From contig MCFE01000298.1 of assembly GCA_002104905.1 (NCBI GenBank), positions 37,190 to 101,189 of the forward strand: DNA of 64,000 nucleotides, read 5' to 3'. Source of the DNA: Basidiobolus meristosporus CBS 931.73. Lineage: Eukaryota; Fungi; Basidiobolomycota. The notes below the pieces were generated by a model. That model did not search any database. It worked only from the letters and a program-made list of their open reading frames with translations, and was not told the DNA's origin. Of this stretch, positions 1 to 12,990 are shown piece by piece (position 1 is the stretch's first letter; each line of letters starts with the position of its first letter). A program made the position numbers and the translations under genes.

Positions 1-540
1 TTAGCTTCTTAATGTCATAGGCATAGGTGGCTCCATGTGCACATTTGTCCTCAGTATTTTCCAACTCTAGCTGGCTGTCCTCCATAAGCCAACTCATCAC
101 ATCCATGATAGACTTGAAGGTAATATTCTTGATGAGATTGGGATATGGTGGTACCCGTGACTTGGCTTGTTTTCCTATCTCCCCATACATCCGCTCCATA
201 GGAAACTTCCAGAAGGTGAAGCAAAGCCCAATATTCTCCACACACTGTTTCAAGATGGAGTAGAGAATGGATACAGTAGCGGCAGAAATCTACGCATTCA
301 GCTTTATGCTTGTGTTGTAACCACTCAAATGCCATCACAAACTCCTTGCAGAGCAGCTGTAGATGCAGCAAGTTGGCATTGGTGATCTGCTTCTGGATAA
401 ATATTCATAAAATATCCATATATGACTCCCAATGCTTCCAAAGTACTCTTGGTAGGAATGGCTTCAGAATGCCACTTGAATAAATAGATATCCAGCTCAT
501 CAAGTCTTTGTATTTGCATTGTTACATATGCGTACCCTAT
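1..540 (-). mobile_element. Decayed CACTA/EnSpm (tnp2-family) transposase, C-terminal fragment
   Basis: ORF 51..371 contains 'FVMAFEWLQHK...CIHSLLHL...CGE', typical of the tnp2 transposase C-terminal half. It has stops, and a near-identical copy lies at ~1490-2030. Confidence 0.65.
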
Positions 541-2914
541 GAAAAATAATTTGGTCCCATGGTTGGATCTGATCCAGATCAGCCATCAGGATCCCATTGA
601 GAGACCATCATAGTACCAGCAGCTTGGAATTTGTGACCTCATAACAATCTTATAACAGGATCATGATGGTGTTTTACTAATTTTACACACAAATAAAGGG
701 ACAAAGCTTGACAATATTTTATTGGTGCTGTGACAATATATGCATGGTATTTTTGCAGCTTTTAGCGCTCTATAACTATTTAAGTGGATCCAGTTGGCCA
801 AGTCATCCAATTGCCTTACATGGTAAGAAACTTGACAGTATTTGACTGCCTCTCAGCAAGACTCTGATGAAATTATATCTGCCATATGATGGCCTACAGC
901 TGGTTCTGTATAATGCTACTGTGCCAATTTATCTAGCAGTATTTCCTTTTTCTACCCCCCCTTGTGCAATCCATATATTCCAATGTAGAATCACCTCTCT
1001 TTGTTTGCTGACCCACTGCTACCTTGGGTATTCCACATATAGTTTTAATCAAAAAACTATGGCCTCCTGCTTACTAACCTCTACAAACATGCACATTTGC
1101 TGCACTTGACATACTCCTATCAACTCAACTTTACAGCTTTTTAGTATGAAACTTGCAAAGTTACCATATACCTTGTACTGCTTGTAACATATACATCTTG
1201 CAAAGATATGCTAGATTGTTGCCACTTCAGCCATGAATACCTCCTGAATATATGCAAAGAACAACTTGGTATTTAGCTAATGTATTCCTTCTGCTTGCTG
1301 GATTCTAGTGCACTTATAGGTGCACTCTGGCTTTTGTTGGTGTGAATTTGGCACTGAATGGTGTGGAGGTTGGATTGTGACTATGATAGATCCGGCTTAC
1401 CTTGTCAGAGTTTTCCTGATAAAAACTAGCTGCTTGTTGCACCCAACCCAACTTTGCATTACTTAACTAATTACCCATGCATTGGGGCTGCTTAGCTTCT
1501 TAATGCCATAGGCATAGATGTCTCCATGTTCACATTTGTCCTTGGTATTTTCCAACTCTTTCTGGCCATCCTCCATGTGCAAACTCAACACATACATGCA
1601 GACTTGAAGATAATATTCTTGATGAGATTGGGATATGGAAGTACCTGCAACTTGACTTGTTTTCCTATCTCCCTACACATCCACTCCATAGGAAACTCTC
1701 AAAAGATGAAGCAAGACCCAGAATTCTCCACACACCCTGCATGATGGAGTAGAGAATGGATAAAGTAGCAGTAGAGATATACGTGCTCAGCTTTATGCTT
1801 GTGGTATAGCCACTCAAATTCTGTCACAAACTCCTCACCCAACAGCTGTAGATGCGTCAAGTTGGTATTGGAGATCGGTTTCTGGATAAATATTCCTACA
1901 ATGATCACATATGACTCCCAATGCTTCCAATGTACTCTTAGTAAGAATAGCTTCATAGCTCCACTTCAATAAATACATATCCAGTTTATCTAGTCTTTGC
2001 ATTTGTATTGTTGCATATAAGTATGAGTATTGATTGAAGCCTGTGAGAAGTTCTTAGAGTAGCGGCTACTATGTAATATCTTGCCAATTCTTTTGAATTT
2101 CTCCGGTATCTTGAAGGGCTCATTTAGCTTGATATGCCCTGTGTACAACTTGGTCATCATTATAGCTTGCCAACTTTACTGCAATTGCATGCTCACTTCT
2201 GTTTGTTCTCTTTGTGGAAAGATGATGTTCTCAGTGCTGGTGTTAGGGTAATAATAATGTGTATGAGTTATGGAATAAATCCCCTGGATCTCACACATTT
2301 AACAGCAATACTGTCCATTGTGTCTGGAAAAACCTGCTATCTTGCTTATGACTGTGGTATCTCCAATGCAGAAAATAATATACGCTTTTACATGATGGCC
2401 ATTTATTGTTATCCTGCTGGAAAGCATACAAAATTCATCCAGCAATGAATACAGGTAGCTATCCAGGTTTGACAGTGATTTAGGCACAGATACCAGTGAG
2501 ACTACCATCAGATTATTGCTCTGGTATTGTAAGATAGGCATCAGATTCAGGTTGATGAGAATAAGTGGCCAGCAGGGTTTGCTGGTAGAGTTGTTGTGTT
2601 GTATTATGATTAGTTTGGGGCTTGTTCTACAATATAGAGGCTAATCAACAATATACAACAACTTCCAGTATGCTAATACTGAAATAGTTTATTGGGAGTT
2701 TGATATACCGATAGAAGATATAACTTTCACTAATTTCCTCACTCTTGGGCTCAAAATATATTGTAGGCAGTGTTTATCACTTCTACAGCAGTGTTCTGAC
2801 CTTCTGTTGACTAATGGGCCTATTTACTTTTATAGTAACTTTTCCTTATTTGGAAGTCACTTTCCTTTCTGAGAAAATATTTCCTAATATGGAAATTCTG
2901 AGCTCCCCTTTAAC

Positions 2915-3090
2915 CTAAAGGGGTGTGTTGTAGAAGTCTCTAAAGGGGTCTTTAGACCTAAAGGGGTGTCTAAAGGGGTGTCTTTAGAGTAAAGGGGCTT
3001 CTTGTAGTGGTGTCTAAAGTGGACTTTACACTAAAGGGGTGCCTAAAGGGGTGTCTTTAAAGTTAAGGGGTTTCTTAGAGGGGACTTTTC
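2915..3090. repeat. Degenerate short tandem repeat (TAAAGGGGTGTC-like units) inside solo LTR A
   Basis: About ten imperfect copies of (c)taaagggg(tgtc) are visible directly. Confidence 0.8.
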
Positions 3091-3295
3091 CGACAGAAAA
3101 GTGGTAGTTTCTTGTAGAACTTAGATTGGATTCTTGTGAGCTTTGCAGTCTCTTTACTGATGTAGTACTGATCAAAGTTGGAATACTCAACAGTGCAAGT
3201 GATGCAGGGGAAGTCTTATAACCTTTAAACTTGTAATTGTAGTGTGGAGATTCTGGAAAGAGAGGCTCTCCCTTTATTTTTCAGCTGGGAAAGTC

Positions 3296-3454
3296 ATATA
3301 TATGAAAATTTTGAAGGATCAAAGTTTTTGGGCAATTGCGCAAGCAATACACGTGATACAAAGCTAAAATTTTGCAGTGGCGCAGATCGGACATAGGCGC
3401 AGCACCTGTGAATATTTCACGTGATTTGATTGGCTGGTTCAAAAGTTACACGCG
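3296..3454 (-). promoter_or_regulatory. Putative U3 promoter of solo LTR A
   Basis: Two CACGTG E-boxes, a CCAAT box (gattggctgg on +) and a TATA-like element. About 8 CpGs are retained in ~120 bp within otherwise CpG-depleted DNA. Confidence 0.5.
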
Positions 3455-4989
3455 ATCAAAGTCACCATAGTAATCCTAGCAATAAGGCATAGTATATATA
3501 ATAGTTGGACTCTTTTGGTCATAACTCCTTAAGTACTGCTTCAAATGAGCTGTAATTTGAAACATGTGTTGGCTACTACATGTTCTGTATGACATAATAT
3601 TCTTGGGTGGATTGCTTGTCAGGGTCTGGAGCATTTGCTCTTCAAAGTTGGAAATTCTTGATCTTTCTCTTGTGTGTTACAATAGCAAAAAGCAAAATAA
3701 AGAAATGAGTGCAATATTGGTTTAGAGATATTGTAGTAATGGAATACTTTCCATTACCACAGAGTACTTGCTTAATGAGAATCCATCAAGTGCTAAACCA
3801 AAGGCATGGTCATATATACCTTCAAAGTAGCCCTTGCCTCTTAGCTGTTTGTAATGTTTGCCATCAAGTATATGGGATATGTTTGCACTTGATTGATAGT
3901 GAGTGCAGTACTGTATAGCTTTGCAATATTTGTCCAACAGCATCAGCTTCTGCAGACAGGGTATGACCAGAGTATATCTGGGTGTGAACATTTTTTTCCA
4001 TCAATGGTTGTGGATTCCTGACAGCTTGGACATGTTGCAATGGTACCATTTTTGGATGTGAATGCCATGCTACTGTTAACACATGCTGGTATCAGGACAG
4101 TGTCTGGATCATATGCTGCCAGCCACATGACAGTTGTCTTCATGCACAATGTATATGGTAAGTTGCATCCAGGTATGATTTTGGCAAGAAGCAATTATAA
4201 ATCCTCAAAGCCCCCATGACTGATATTAGTGGAAACACACCACTTCTCTAGCCACAACATTACACCATTCACCAGTAGATGGATTACTGGGCTCACTTGG
4301 CTCCATAAATTATCCCTGGCATTTTTTTCAATGGCTGCTGTCTCATTGCATATAGGGATTTGACCAGGCTTATACATGGTACTGTTGTTAGGGGAAATAG
4401 GGTCAAAATCTATCAGTGGACCTTCTTTGTCAGAGCTGTCACTCTGCATGCCATATTCAGAAGGCTGAGGTGAGCCTAAAGGCATTACAAACTCACCTGA
4501 CTCAGTTTGCACAAGGTGACAAAAACGGCTGGGTGCCAATATAGAAGTATCAACTGGCTGGCAAGATAATGTTAGTATAGTAGTGACCAATGAATGGTCA
4601 AATATGACTTGGGTGGCAAAACACTGTCTGTGAGCCATGTAATACATCCTATGCTGTCTGTGTGCTTCATGGCTGAGAGACTTGCCACAATAGCCACATG
4701 GTTTTTTTCTCTTCTCTTACAGCATTGAGTCAAAATAGTCTTGTCCATGGGGCAAACAGTATAGTCTTTAACAACATAATGCTGTTATATCACTTTTTGG
4801 TCAATACTCATGTGAACTTAAGACAGTCTTGTATTTGAGATATTGCACCTACATGAATGTAAAATTCAATGCTGACCTGCCATAGTAAGCATTCTAAATA
4901 AAGTTGTGGCACCACATACACATGTATATGTAGCACCACTTCCCCTTTGGCTTGACTCATTTCCATATATATGGCGCCAAGAAATTAAG

Positions 4990-6877
4990 CAAAGTTGTTT
5001 GGTTCTCAACCAAACCCCACCACTGACAGCAACAGAAGAACAGTTGGACAACAGCTTGCTTTGACATTCAGTGCAACAAGTGGGGCTACATCCAAAAAAG
5101 GCCCTGTGGACAGTGCACCTGTTGAAGGTAATAATGTGGAGTTGTCAGGCTCTCAGTGAAGTAGGCAATTGAGAACCACTGCGGAGCCACAAGCTGACTG
5201 TTATGCACAGGCAGATGAGAGTTTAGCAATTGCAGTACCCTCAGTCAAAGATTAGCAAGTGGCCATGATAACATCACCACCACCCATTATACCAAGTATG
5301 CTGTCAGCTAATACCAAAGCATTCATGAAGCAATTAGGAGCAGTGGCTGATAAGATAGGTGCATTGGCCCAGAGAAATCAGGAAATAGTCCAGAAATAGG
5401 ATGGGAGGATAATATGTGTAGAGCAAGCCATATCCCAGGTAGAGAAAGCAGTACCTTTGCTGCAATGAATGAACTCAAAATAGTAGCTCAATGTCACAGC
5501 CATGAATTGAGCCATATTCCAATGTAACAGCAGAGGAACACCATACAGTCTTTGAAGCATAACAACAGTGCCAAAGGATAAAGCTTACAGAAATACCTAT
5601 CACAGTGTGGGAGGGAGACAGTGTGGTGTTTATGCCAAAGCCCAAAGATCAAAAGACATTGAAAATCTGTGAAGCCATTCAGTGCAATAATGAAGAGTGG
5701 GCTAATATACAAGAGGCTGTCAGAAGTCTAGCATGCCATCACCTTAAGGCTGGCATACCATGGGACCATCAGGAGCTCAAGGCTAAGCAGAATGCACTTG
5801 GCTTGTTTCATGAGCATTATCCTGGATTCAAACAAGCAAACATATTTTGGGCCAGCATTGGTATGCTAAGAAAGTATCTTAAGAATAGCAGAAGCTAACA
5901 ATGGCAGAAAACAAGGGTGCCATGGCTAAAAACTAGCAGCTTCCTGATGTGGCTATTGCAAGCAGGGCCAAAAGCTCCAGACAAGCATCAGAGAGCCATC
6001 AGGTAGCTGGAAGGGTGCCAACTAGGGACAAGCAGGCAGACACAAATACACCAGCACTCATCAAGGAAAAAGTGTAGTATCACTCAAAAAGCACCCAGTC
6101 AAAGTAGCAGTGAAGGACCTGGCGGTGATAAAACTAGCAGCTTTTAAAGGAGCTTGTCACACTATGGCTGAGGGCTCAAAACAAGCGGAAAAGAAGCGTC
6201 AGGTTGCCAGAAGAGTGCCAGCAAGGGACAAGCAGGCCAAAGCAGAGGCATCAGAGCAGAATTTATCCAGAAGAGAAGGTAGTTCTTTATAAGAAGCACT
6301 CAGACAAAGTAGCAGTGAAAGACCTGGCAGTGATAAAGGAAAAAGTAAAGGGAAAAATATCTACCCAAGCCTGAGACAGGGAGGCATGCAAAAAAAACTG
6401 CAGTTCTTACCAATTAATGCAGCAAGCCCAGAACAGACTGAATCCCATCATAGCCAAGAAGAATTATCAATAAGAAAGGAGCTGTTTTCACAAGAGTTGG
6501 AAGTGCAGCCAGTTGAGCTACACCCCAGCAAGGTAGATGAGTTTGCAGAAAAAGGCAATATGTCTACCGCAGCCTGTACATCCTCCATTGTTGACAGAGT
6601 GGCAATCCCACTGACAGACAAGGCTACAATATCAACAGCTCAAAAGACTATCAAGACGCCTTCAGTGAAGTTTTGGAACTTTAATAGGCACACTCAGAGG
6701 TTGCAGTACTTCTTCAATAACAGTGCTCAAGAAAATACACTGGAATATTGCAAGGACTTATTGCAAAGACTTGATTATGAGGTACTAGACCTTGCAATGC
6801 CAGCTGAAAACCAGGATGTGTGGGAACCAGTCAATGGACAGTGGCATAAAGCCATTGTGTTCCTGCCAAAGTTGTAG
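4990..6877 (+). pseudogene. Decayed second ORF associated with the CACTA element (function unknown), divergent from tnp2
   Basis: Fragments 5605..5898 ('EEWANIQEAVRSLACHHLKAGIPWDHQ...FWASIGMLRKYLKNSR'), 6110..6292 and 6386..6877. The first part is duplicated at ~9370-10140 in the same position relative to tnp2 copy 2. An internal ~200-bp duplication lies at ~5930-6340. Confidence 0.5.
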
Positions 6878-6904
6878 AACCAGTCTTTGGTTTCTGAAAA
6901 GACT

Positions 6905-9130
6905 CATTATATATAAGCATACAAAATTCATCCAGCAATGGATACCAGTAGCTATCCAGGTTGGATTGTGATTTAGGTTCAGATACCAGTGAGACTACCA
7001 TCAGATTGTTGCTCTGATACCATAAGATGGGCAGCAGATTCAGATTGATGTGAACTAGTGGCCAGCAGGATTTGCTGGTAGAGTGCTGGTTGAATGAGAA
7101 TCAATTAAGTGCTAAGGCAAAGGCATGGTCATACATACCTTCAAAGTAGCCCTTACTTCTTAGCTGTTTGTAATGATTGCTATCAAATATATTGGATATG
7201 TTTGAGCTTGATTTATACTGAGTGAGGTACTTTATAGCTTTGCAATATTTGCTGGACTGCATCAGCTTCCTCAGACAGGGCATTACTGGAGTATATCTGG
7301 AGTGTGAACAATGTTTCCCCTCAATTGTCATGGATTCCTGACAGTTTGGACATGTTGCAATGGTAGCATTTTTTGATGTGAATGCCATGCTCTAGTGGGG
7401 TGACAGTGACACCCACTGACAGATGTGCTCATTCCCATATTTGCTACTTCCCTGTATCTCTACTACACTCAGTTTAGTTTTATCCCATTTGTCTTACCTG
7501 ATCAGTACTATTCCATAAGCCAGTTGACTATCACACCTGCTTACCTTATTGCATAACTTACCCCTTGCTTTATGTAAGATTACTAGCTATAAGTGCTTCT
7601 ACATTAGGCAAGTACCTGCGCCAGTACCCATGATACATGGTCAACCTGTGTCACCATCCCTACTGTTTCCATACCATATATGGTATCCATATGTTACACA
7701 GGTTTCAGAATACTGATTACTGATTGGTTGGATGTGCTGTACCTCTTAGAACCTTCTGGCACCTACTTAGAACATTCTTAGGTCATTCTGATGCCATTAA
7801 GACTTCTATTTGATATCCGGAACCTTCTGGAACACCATGATTAGTAATCACTTAGCCAGTAAGAAAAGTATATAAGGGAGGCTATCCCTCAACAATAAAT
7901 CATCATCCCTTTTATCAAAATACCAACTTGTTGATTAGTGTGATCACTGCTGCCTACTGCTACCTGAACTTCCAACCCCAGACCACAGAACACTTCCAGG
8001 AAACCATGCTGACAGCCAACTGACCATGGAGGCACTACTTGTGAGGAATACTCAGAGTAGGTATCTTTTACTATATTTGATTCTTTCCCAAGTTTGTACC
8101 TGTACAGGCAAAGATACTTTTCCATCTTTGTAACTATTGACCACAGCTGCATTCTTATCAAGTCCCTGCTAGTAGAGTTTACAGTTGCTTTGACTTTGGA
8201 CGCTTTAGTACATTGTCATCTCAAAGAATACTGAACCCAGCATATACTTTTGTTAAGACGCCAACTAAGTTGGGGATTGTAGCTCAGTATTTTCCCTTGA
8301 CAAGCTTGTGGCTTTATTCCCCTTCACATTAGATTAGAGACAGAACCCAAGTACTCCTAGCAAGCTTTTGCCAGAGGTTATTGCACCCAGTGAACACCCC
8401 ACAAACAACACACTTGAGAAGTGTTGGACTTATATCTCCCTTGGATCTATACACCATCACAACGCTACTGTTAACATATGCTGGAATCAGGACAGTCTCT
8501 GGATCATATGCTGCCAGCCACATGACAGTTATCCTCATGTACCATGTACATGGTAAGTTGCATGCTGGTATGATCTTGGAAAGAAGTACTTATAAATCCT
8601 CAGAGCCCCCATTACTGATATTAGTGGAAACACACCACTTCTCTAGCCACAATATTGCATCATTCACCAGTAGATGGATTACTGGGCTCACTTGGCTCCG
8701 TAAAGTATCCTTGGCACTTGTTTTAACAGGTGCTGTCGCATTGCATATAGGTATTTGACCAGGCTCATAAGTGGTACTGCTGTTAGGGGAAGTAGGCTCA
8801 GAATCCATCAGTAGATCTTCTTTGTTAGAGCTATCACTCTGTGTGCCATATTCAGAAGGCTCAGGTGAGCCTAAAGGTGTCAAAAACTCACCTGCCTCAG
8901 TTTGCACAAGGTGACAAAGACAATATAGAAGCATCAGCTGGCTGGCAAGATAATGTTGGTATAGTAGTGACTGATGAAAGGTCAAATATGACTTGTGTGG
9001 CAAAACACTGGCCTTGGTCCTTGTAGTACTCTGTATGCTGACTGTGTGCTTCATGGCTGATCAGCTTTCTACAATAGCCAAGTGGTCTTTTTTCTCTTCT
9101 CTTACAGCATTGAGTCAAAGTAGTCTTATC
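6905..9130 (-). mobile_element. Decayed CACTA/tnp2 transposase gene, copy 2, interrupted by a solo LTR at 7391-8461
   Basis: Reads '...DHAFALALN*FSFNQHSTSKSCWPLVHINLNLLPILWYQSNNLMVVSLVSEPK...LDSYWYPLLDEF'. The N-terminal part (8590..9054) is paralogous to 4195..4647. Confidence 0.75.
7391..8461 (+). mobile_element. Solo LTR, family B (~1071 bp, TC...CA, TSD ATGC/ACGC)
   Basis: Splits tnp2 between 'VNSS' and 'MAFTSKN', which are contiguous in copy 1. Flanks are ATGC (7387-7390) and ACGC (8462-8465). TATATAA (~7869) is followed by AATAAA (~7894). The termini are imperfectly inverted (TCTAGTGG/CCATCACA). A second full copy is at 52352-53419. Confidence 0.8.
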
Positions 9131-9369
9131 TATGGGGCAAACAGTTTGACCTTCAACAGCGTATTGCTATTATATCACTTTTTGTTTGCAACTGGTGTGA
9201 GCTTATGACAGTCTTTTATTTGAGACAATGCAGCTACATGAATGTAAGATTCAATGATGAACTACCATAGTAAGCATTCTAGATAAAGTTGTGGCACCAC
9301 ATACGTATGTATATGTAACACTATTTCCGCTTTAGTTTGAATCACTTCCATATACATGCTGCCAAAAAA

Positions 9370-10140
9370 TAATACAAAGCTGCTGTTTCCCAACCAAACC
9401 CCACCACTGACAGCAATGGAGGAATGGTTGGACAACAGCTTACTTTGACATTAAGTGCAACAAGCAGGGCTACATCCAAAAAAGGTCCTCTGGATAGTGT
9501 GCCCTTTGAAAATAATAATGCTGACTTGTCAGGCTCTCAGTCAGGTAGGCAATTGAGAACCTCTGTGGAGCCACAAACTGACTGTTACACACAGGCATAT
9601 GAGAATGTAGCATACACAGTATCCTCAGTTGAAGACCAGCAAGTGGCCATCATAATACAATCACTACCCATATTAGCAAGTATGCTGTTTGCTCATGCCA
9701 ATGCATCAATGAAGCAATTAGGTGCAGTGGCTGATAAAATAGATGCAATGGCCCAGAGAAATTAGGAAATAGTCCAGAAACGGGATAAGTGGATAATATG
9801 TATAGAGCAATCAATATTCCAGGTGGAGAAAGCAGTACCTTTGCTACAAAGATGGAACTCAAGTAGCTCAATATAGGTGTTTATACCAAAGCCAAAAAAT
9901 CAAAAGACATTGAAGATCTGTGAAGACATTCAGTGCAATAATGAAGAGTGGGCTAATATTCAAGAAGCTGTCAGAAGTCTAGCACGCCATCACCTTAAGG
10001 CAGGCATACCATGGGACCATCAGGAACTCAATACCAAGCAGAATGCACTTGACTTGTTCCATAAGCATTATTGCTGGATTCATACAGCAAACAGATTTTG
10101 GGCCAGCATTGGTATGCTAAGAAAGTATCTTAAGATACCT
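9370..10140 (+). pseudogene. Second, truncated copy of the CACTA-associated ORF2
   Basis: ORFs 9424..9765 and 9877..10149 are paralogous to ~5040-5880. Confidence 0.5.
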
Positions 10141-10146
10141 TTCCAT

Positions 10147-10278
10147 TAAATTAGAGACAGAACCCAAGTATTCCTACCAAGCTTTTGCCAGAGGTTATTG
10201 CACCCAGTGAACACCCCACACACAAAACACTTGAGAAGTGTTGGACGTATCTCTCCCTTGGACCTATACACCACCACA
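10147..10278 (+). mobile_element. 3' fragment of LTR family B inserted in the Copia gag zinc knuckle
   Basis: Matches 8331-8461 and ends CACCACCACA. It abuts the Copia gag 'CNYCKRKGHTSDQ' coding sequence. Confidence 0.7.
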
Positions 10279-11370
10279 CTGGTCTGATGTGTGTCCTTTC
10301 CTTTTGCAGTAGTTGCAAAAGAGATTGCTGTTGCCTTTGTAGGGTCTTGGGTACCTCTTTTTTTGGTTATCATTGCTCATTAAGGTATTTCTTTCTTCCT
10401 TCTTATTGGCACTTGATTTTCTTAATTTTTTGCTAAGGAGCCTTCCATATATGTAATTTAAGGTCAAATCTTCAGCTCTGGACTCCAGGGCTGATACAAG
10501 GCCCTGAAACTTGTCTGTCAGGCTATTCAGGATGGTTACTATCACATCCTCTTCAGTAGTTGGTATACCCAGAGATTCCATCTCATCCACCAGTAGGGTA
10601 ATTCTGTTGATTAGATTTTTCATTTCTTCCCCTGGCAGCATCTTTGTGGTAAGGAATCTTTGTCTTAGGTATGTTTTCTTAGCAGCTGAACATGACTGGT
10701 AGGTATCTTCTAGTGCCATCCAGGCATTCTTTGTAGTTTTTGCTCTTGAGCATTGTATTAGCAATTTGTCTTTAACATTAAGGCAAATGCAGTTAAAGGC
10801 ACTTTGTTCTTTCTTCTGGTACTCTAAGGCTTCCTCTCCCACGCTTTTAGGAGAGCATTCTTCTCCCATGACAATATCCCAAAGGCCTCTTTCTTGTTGC
10901 AGCATCTGCTTTGTCACCTTCCACACAGGGTAGTTAGATCCATCCAACTTTTCAGCAGAGGGAAAAATTCCAGTAATAGAAGTAGTAAACATTGCAGAGA
11001 GTGACAGATTTGGGCTGATAACCTGTTGTAAGATCCTTGGAGATATTAGAAGTGATTTGGTGGACAAGTAGACTATGTGGTTTTCACTTAGTGATTTTTT
11101 CAATGTAAAAGTAGTATTTTTACTTTTACATGGTACTGGCATAACAGGCATATAGAATAAGTTAAGGAAGTTCCCAAGAACATGTGTGCAAAGATTGGGG
11201 CTGTTTGGACAACTTTGCAAGTTTTCATATTCAGGGTACCTGACATATTGGTGAAAATATTCTAAGTAAATCCCAACAAGGAATTTGGTCCATATTCCCT
11301 AGGAATTGAAGGTAATGATCTAAGTGATTAAGTTAGGTGAATATTTTGGTGTAATTACAAATTTTTGTAT
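10279..11370 (-). mobile_element. Truncated Ty1/Copia element (5' LTR ~11024-11370, PBS, gag)
   Basis: Gag 'EKLDGSNYPVWK...LWDIV...RQRFLTTKM...LLVDEMESLG...' with a CX2CX4HX4C knuckle. The LTR starts TGTTGTAAG (+). The PBS has one mismatch. Confidence 0.85.
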
Positions 11371-11379
11371 CATTACAAA

Positions 11380-12100
11380 TCTAAGCAGCCCCAATGAGTT
11401 GTTTATCAGTTAAGTAATGCAATGTTAGATTGGGTGCAACAAGTAACTAATTTTTATTAGGAAAACTCTACCAAGGAATGCCAGATCTCTCTTGGTCACA
11501 AGCTAGTTTCTACACTACTTGATTTGGAATTCACACAAACAATAGCCAGAGCACACCTATAAGGGGAACTAGAATCCAGCAGGGAGAAGGAATATATTGG
11601 CTCAGTACAAAAAAGTTCTTTGTGGATAATCAAGAGGTACTCATGGCAAAAGTGGTGGCAACCAAGCATATGCTTGCATAGAGTATATGTTACCAGCAAT
11701 ATAAGGGACATGGCAGCTTTACAAGGATCATACTGAAAGACCATAGAGTTGAGGTCATAGAAGTGTGTCAATTGCAGTGCGTGTGCATATCTATAGCAGA
11801 TAGTAACCAAGAGTCCATAGCTACTATTGGTTCAAGATATATATGGAGCAGCCATGGTAGTAGTGAGTAAGCAAATAAAGAAGCATGAATGTATAATACA
11901 TGTATGAGTGGTGTAAGGGGAGGCAGAAAAATGAAATACTGTTTGGTAAATTGCTATTATATATTATACAGGACTAGCTGTAGGCTGCTGTACTGCAATG
12001 ATAATGCTAGCAGTAGTTCACATCAACACATCCAGAGCACAGTCAGAACAACATTGAGTATTTTGCCCTATAAGGCAATTGCATATATGGGCCACTTAGG
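11380..12100 (+). mobile_element. Inverted, diverged copy of the CACTA downstream region
   Basis: Reverse-complement similarity to ~900-1500 (for example ctaagcagccccaatg versus cattggggctgcttag). Edges are approximate. Confidence 0.5.
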
Positions 12101-12699
12101 TCTGCTCAAATACATGTATATGGCATTAAGACCATAATACTGCCTTGATAGTCATGCCAAAAGACTGTTAGAACATTTTCAAGTGAATTGCCTAATTTTG
12201 CAATAAATGCAGTACACCCCATTACAATCCTGCCACAACATCAAGAAGAAGGTCAGCAATTCCATGCAAAGACATATAGTTGAGGAGATATGAGTGTGCA
12301 AGTTGCTGCAGGTGTGAACAAGTGTTCAGGCTAAGAGGTAGGAGGCCCTAGGATATTTTTGATTTAGATTATATGCCTGTGGTAGTAGTGGGTAATGCAA
12401 TACAGAGTCATGATTCTACAGCTAATTATATGTATGACATATGGGGTTGTAGAAAAGTTATATGCTATTTGACATATTACACAGTAGAGTTGCAGAGGAA
12501 CAGTAGTAGGCCATCATATAGCCATCATAAAGCCATCAAAGATCTACAATGAGGCCATCAAAGCACTTTAAAGTCTCTTCCAGTCTTAGGTAATCAGCCC
12601 TATGAAAGTCTAAAAGTTGGAATATATATATTTCTAGATGGTATTCAGCTGGTACTCTTATGATTTTCTGCTGGTACTTGGCTGGTGCTTATGTTGTAA

Positions 12700-12990
12700 T
12701 TATTAGGTTTCCACCTAAATATTCATGCTTGCTTATTCACATAAATCTTATTCTTTGATTAGCATTCTGTCCTGACCAAATTTCTTGTTGGGATTTACTT
12801 AAAATATTTCACCAAATTATCAGATACCCATATTATGATCTTTCTTGAGTTGTCCAAGAGCCCCCAAACTTTGCACACATATTCTTGGGACCTTCCTTCA
12901 CAAACTCTACACATTTGTTTGCTCTACTTTATCAAAAGTATAGATGCCATAAGTTTGATCAATAAATCTACAAGTGAATAGCATGTAAAT
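12700..12990 (+). mobile_element. Highly decayed Copia-family LTR remnant
   Basis: Contains the LTR motifs 'cttgttgggatttactt' and 'cccaaactttgcacacat...ttgggaccttcc', shared with the intact LTRs. Confidence 0.6.

Larger units (their letters stand above)
2592..3761 (-). mobile_element. Solo LTR, family A (1170 bp, TG...CA, 4-bp TSD GAGT)
   Basis: Comparison with the uninterrupted tnp2 copy at ~7020-7110 defines the insertion. It starts TGTTG (2592) and ends ACCACA (3761), flanked by GAGT at 2588-2591 and 3762-3765. A TATA-like TATATA (~3296-3302) is followed by AATAAA (~3277) on the minus strand. Confidence 0.8.
1490..4760 (-). mobile_element. Decayed CACTA/tnp2 transposase gene, copy 1, interrupted by a solo LTR at 2592-3761
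   Basis: Fragments in the correct order on the minus strand: 'IATCPSCQES' (Zn motif), 'HILDGKHYKQLRGKGYFEGIYDHAFGLALDGF', 'PILQYQSNNLMVVSLVSVPK...LDSYLYSLLDEF...GDTTVISKIAGFSRHNGQYCC', 'FIHSLLHH'. These match Transposase_21/tnp2 motifs as I recall them. Many stops and frameshifts. Confidence 0.75.
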
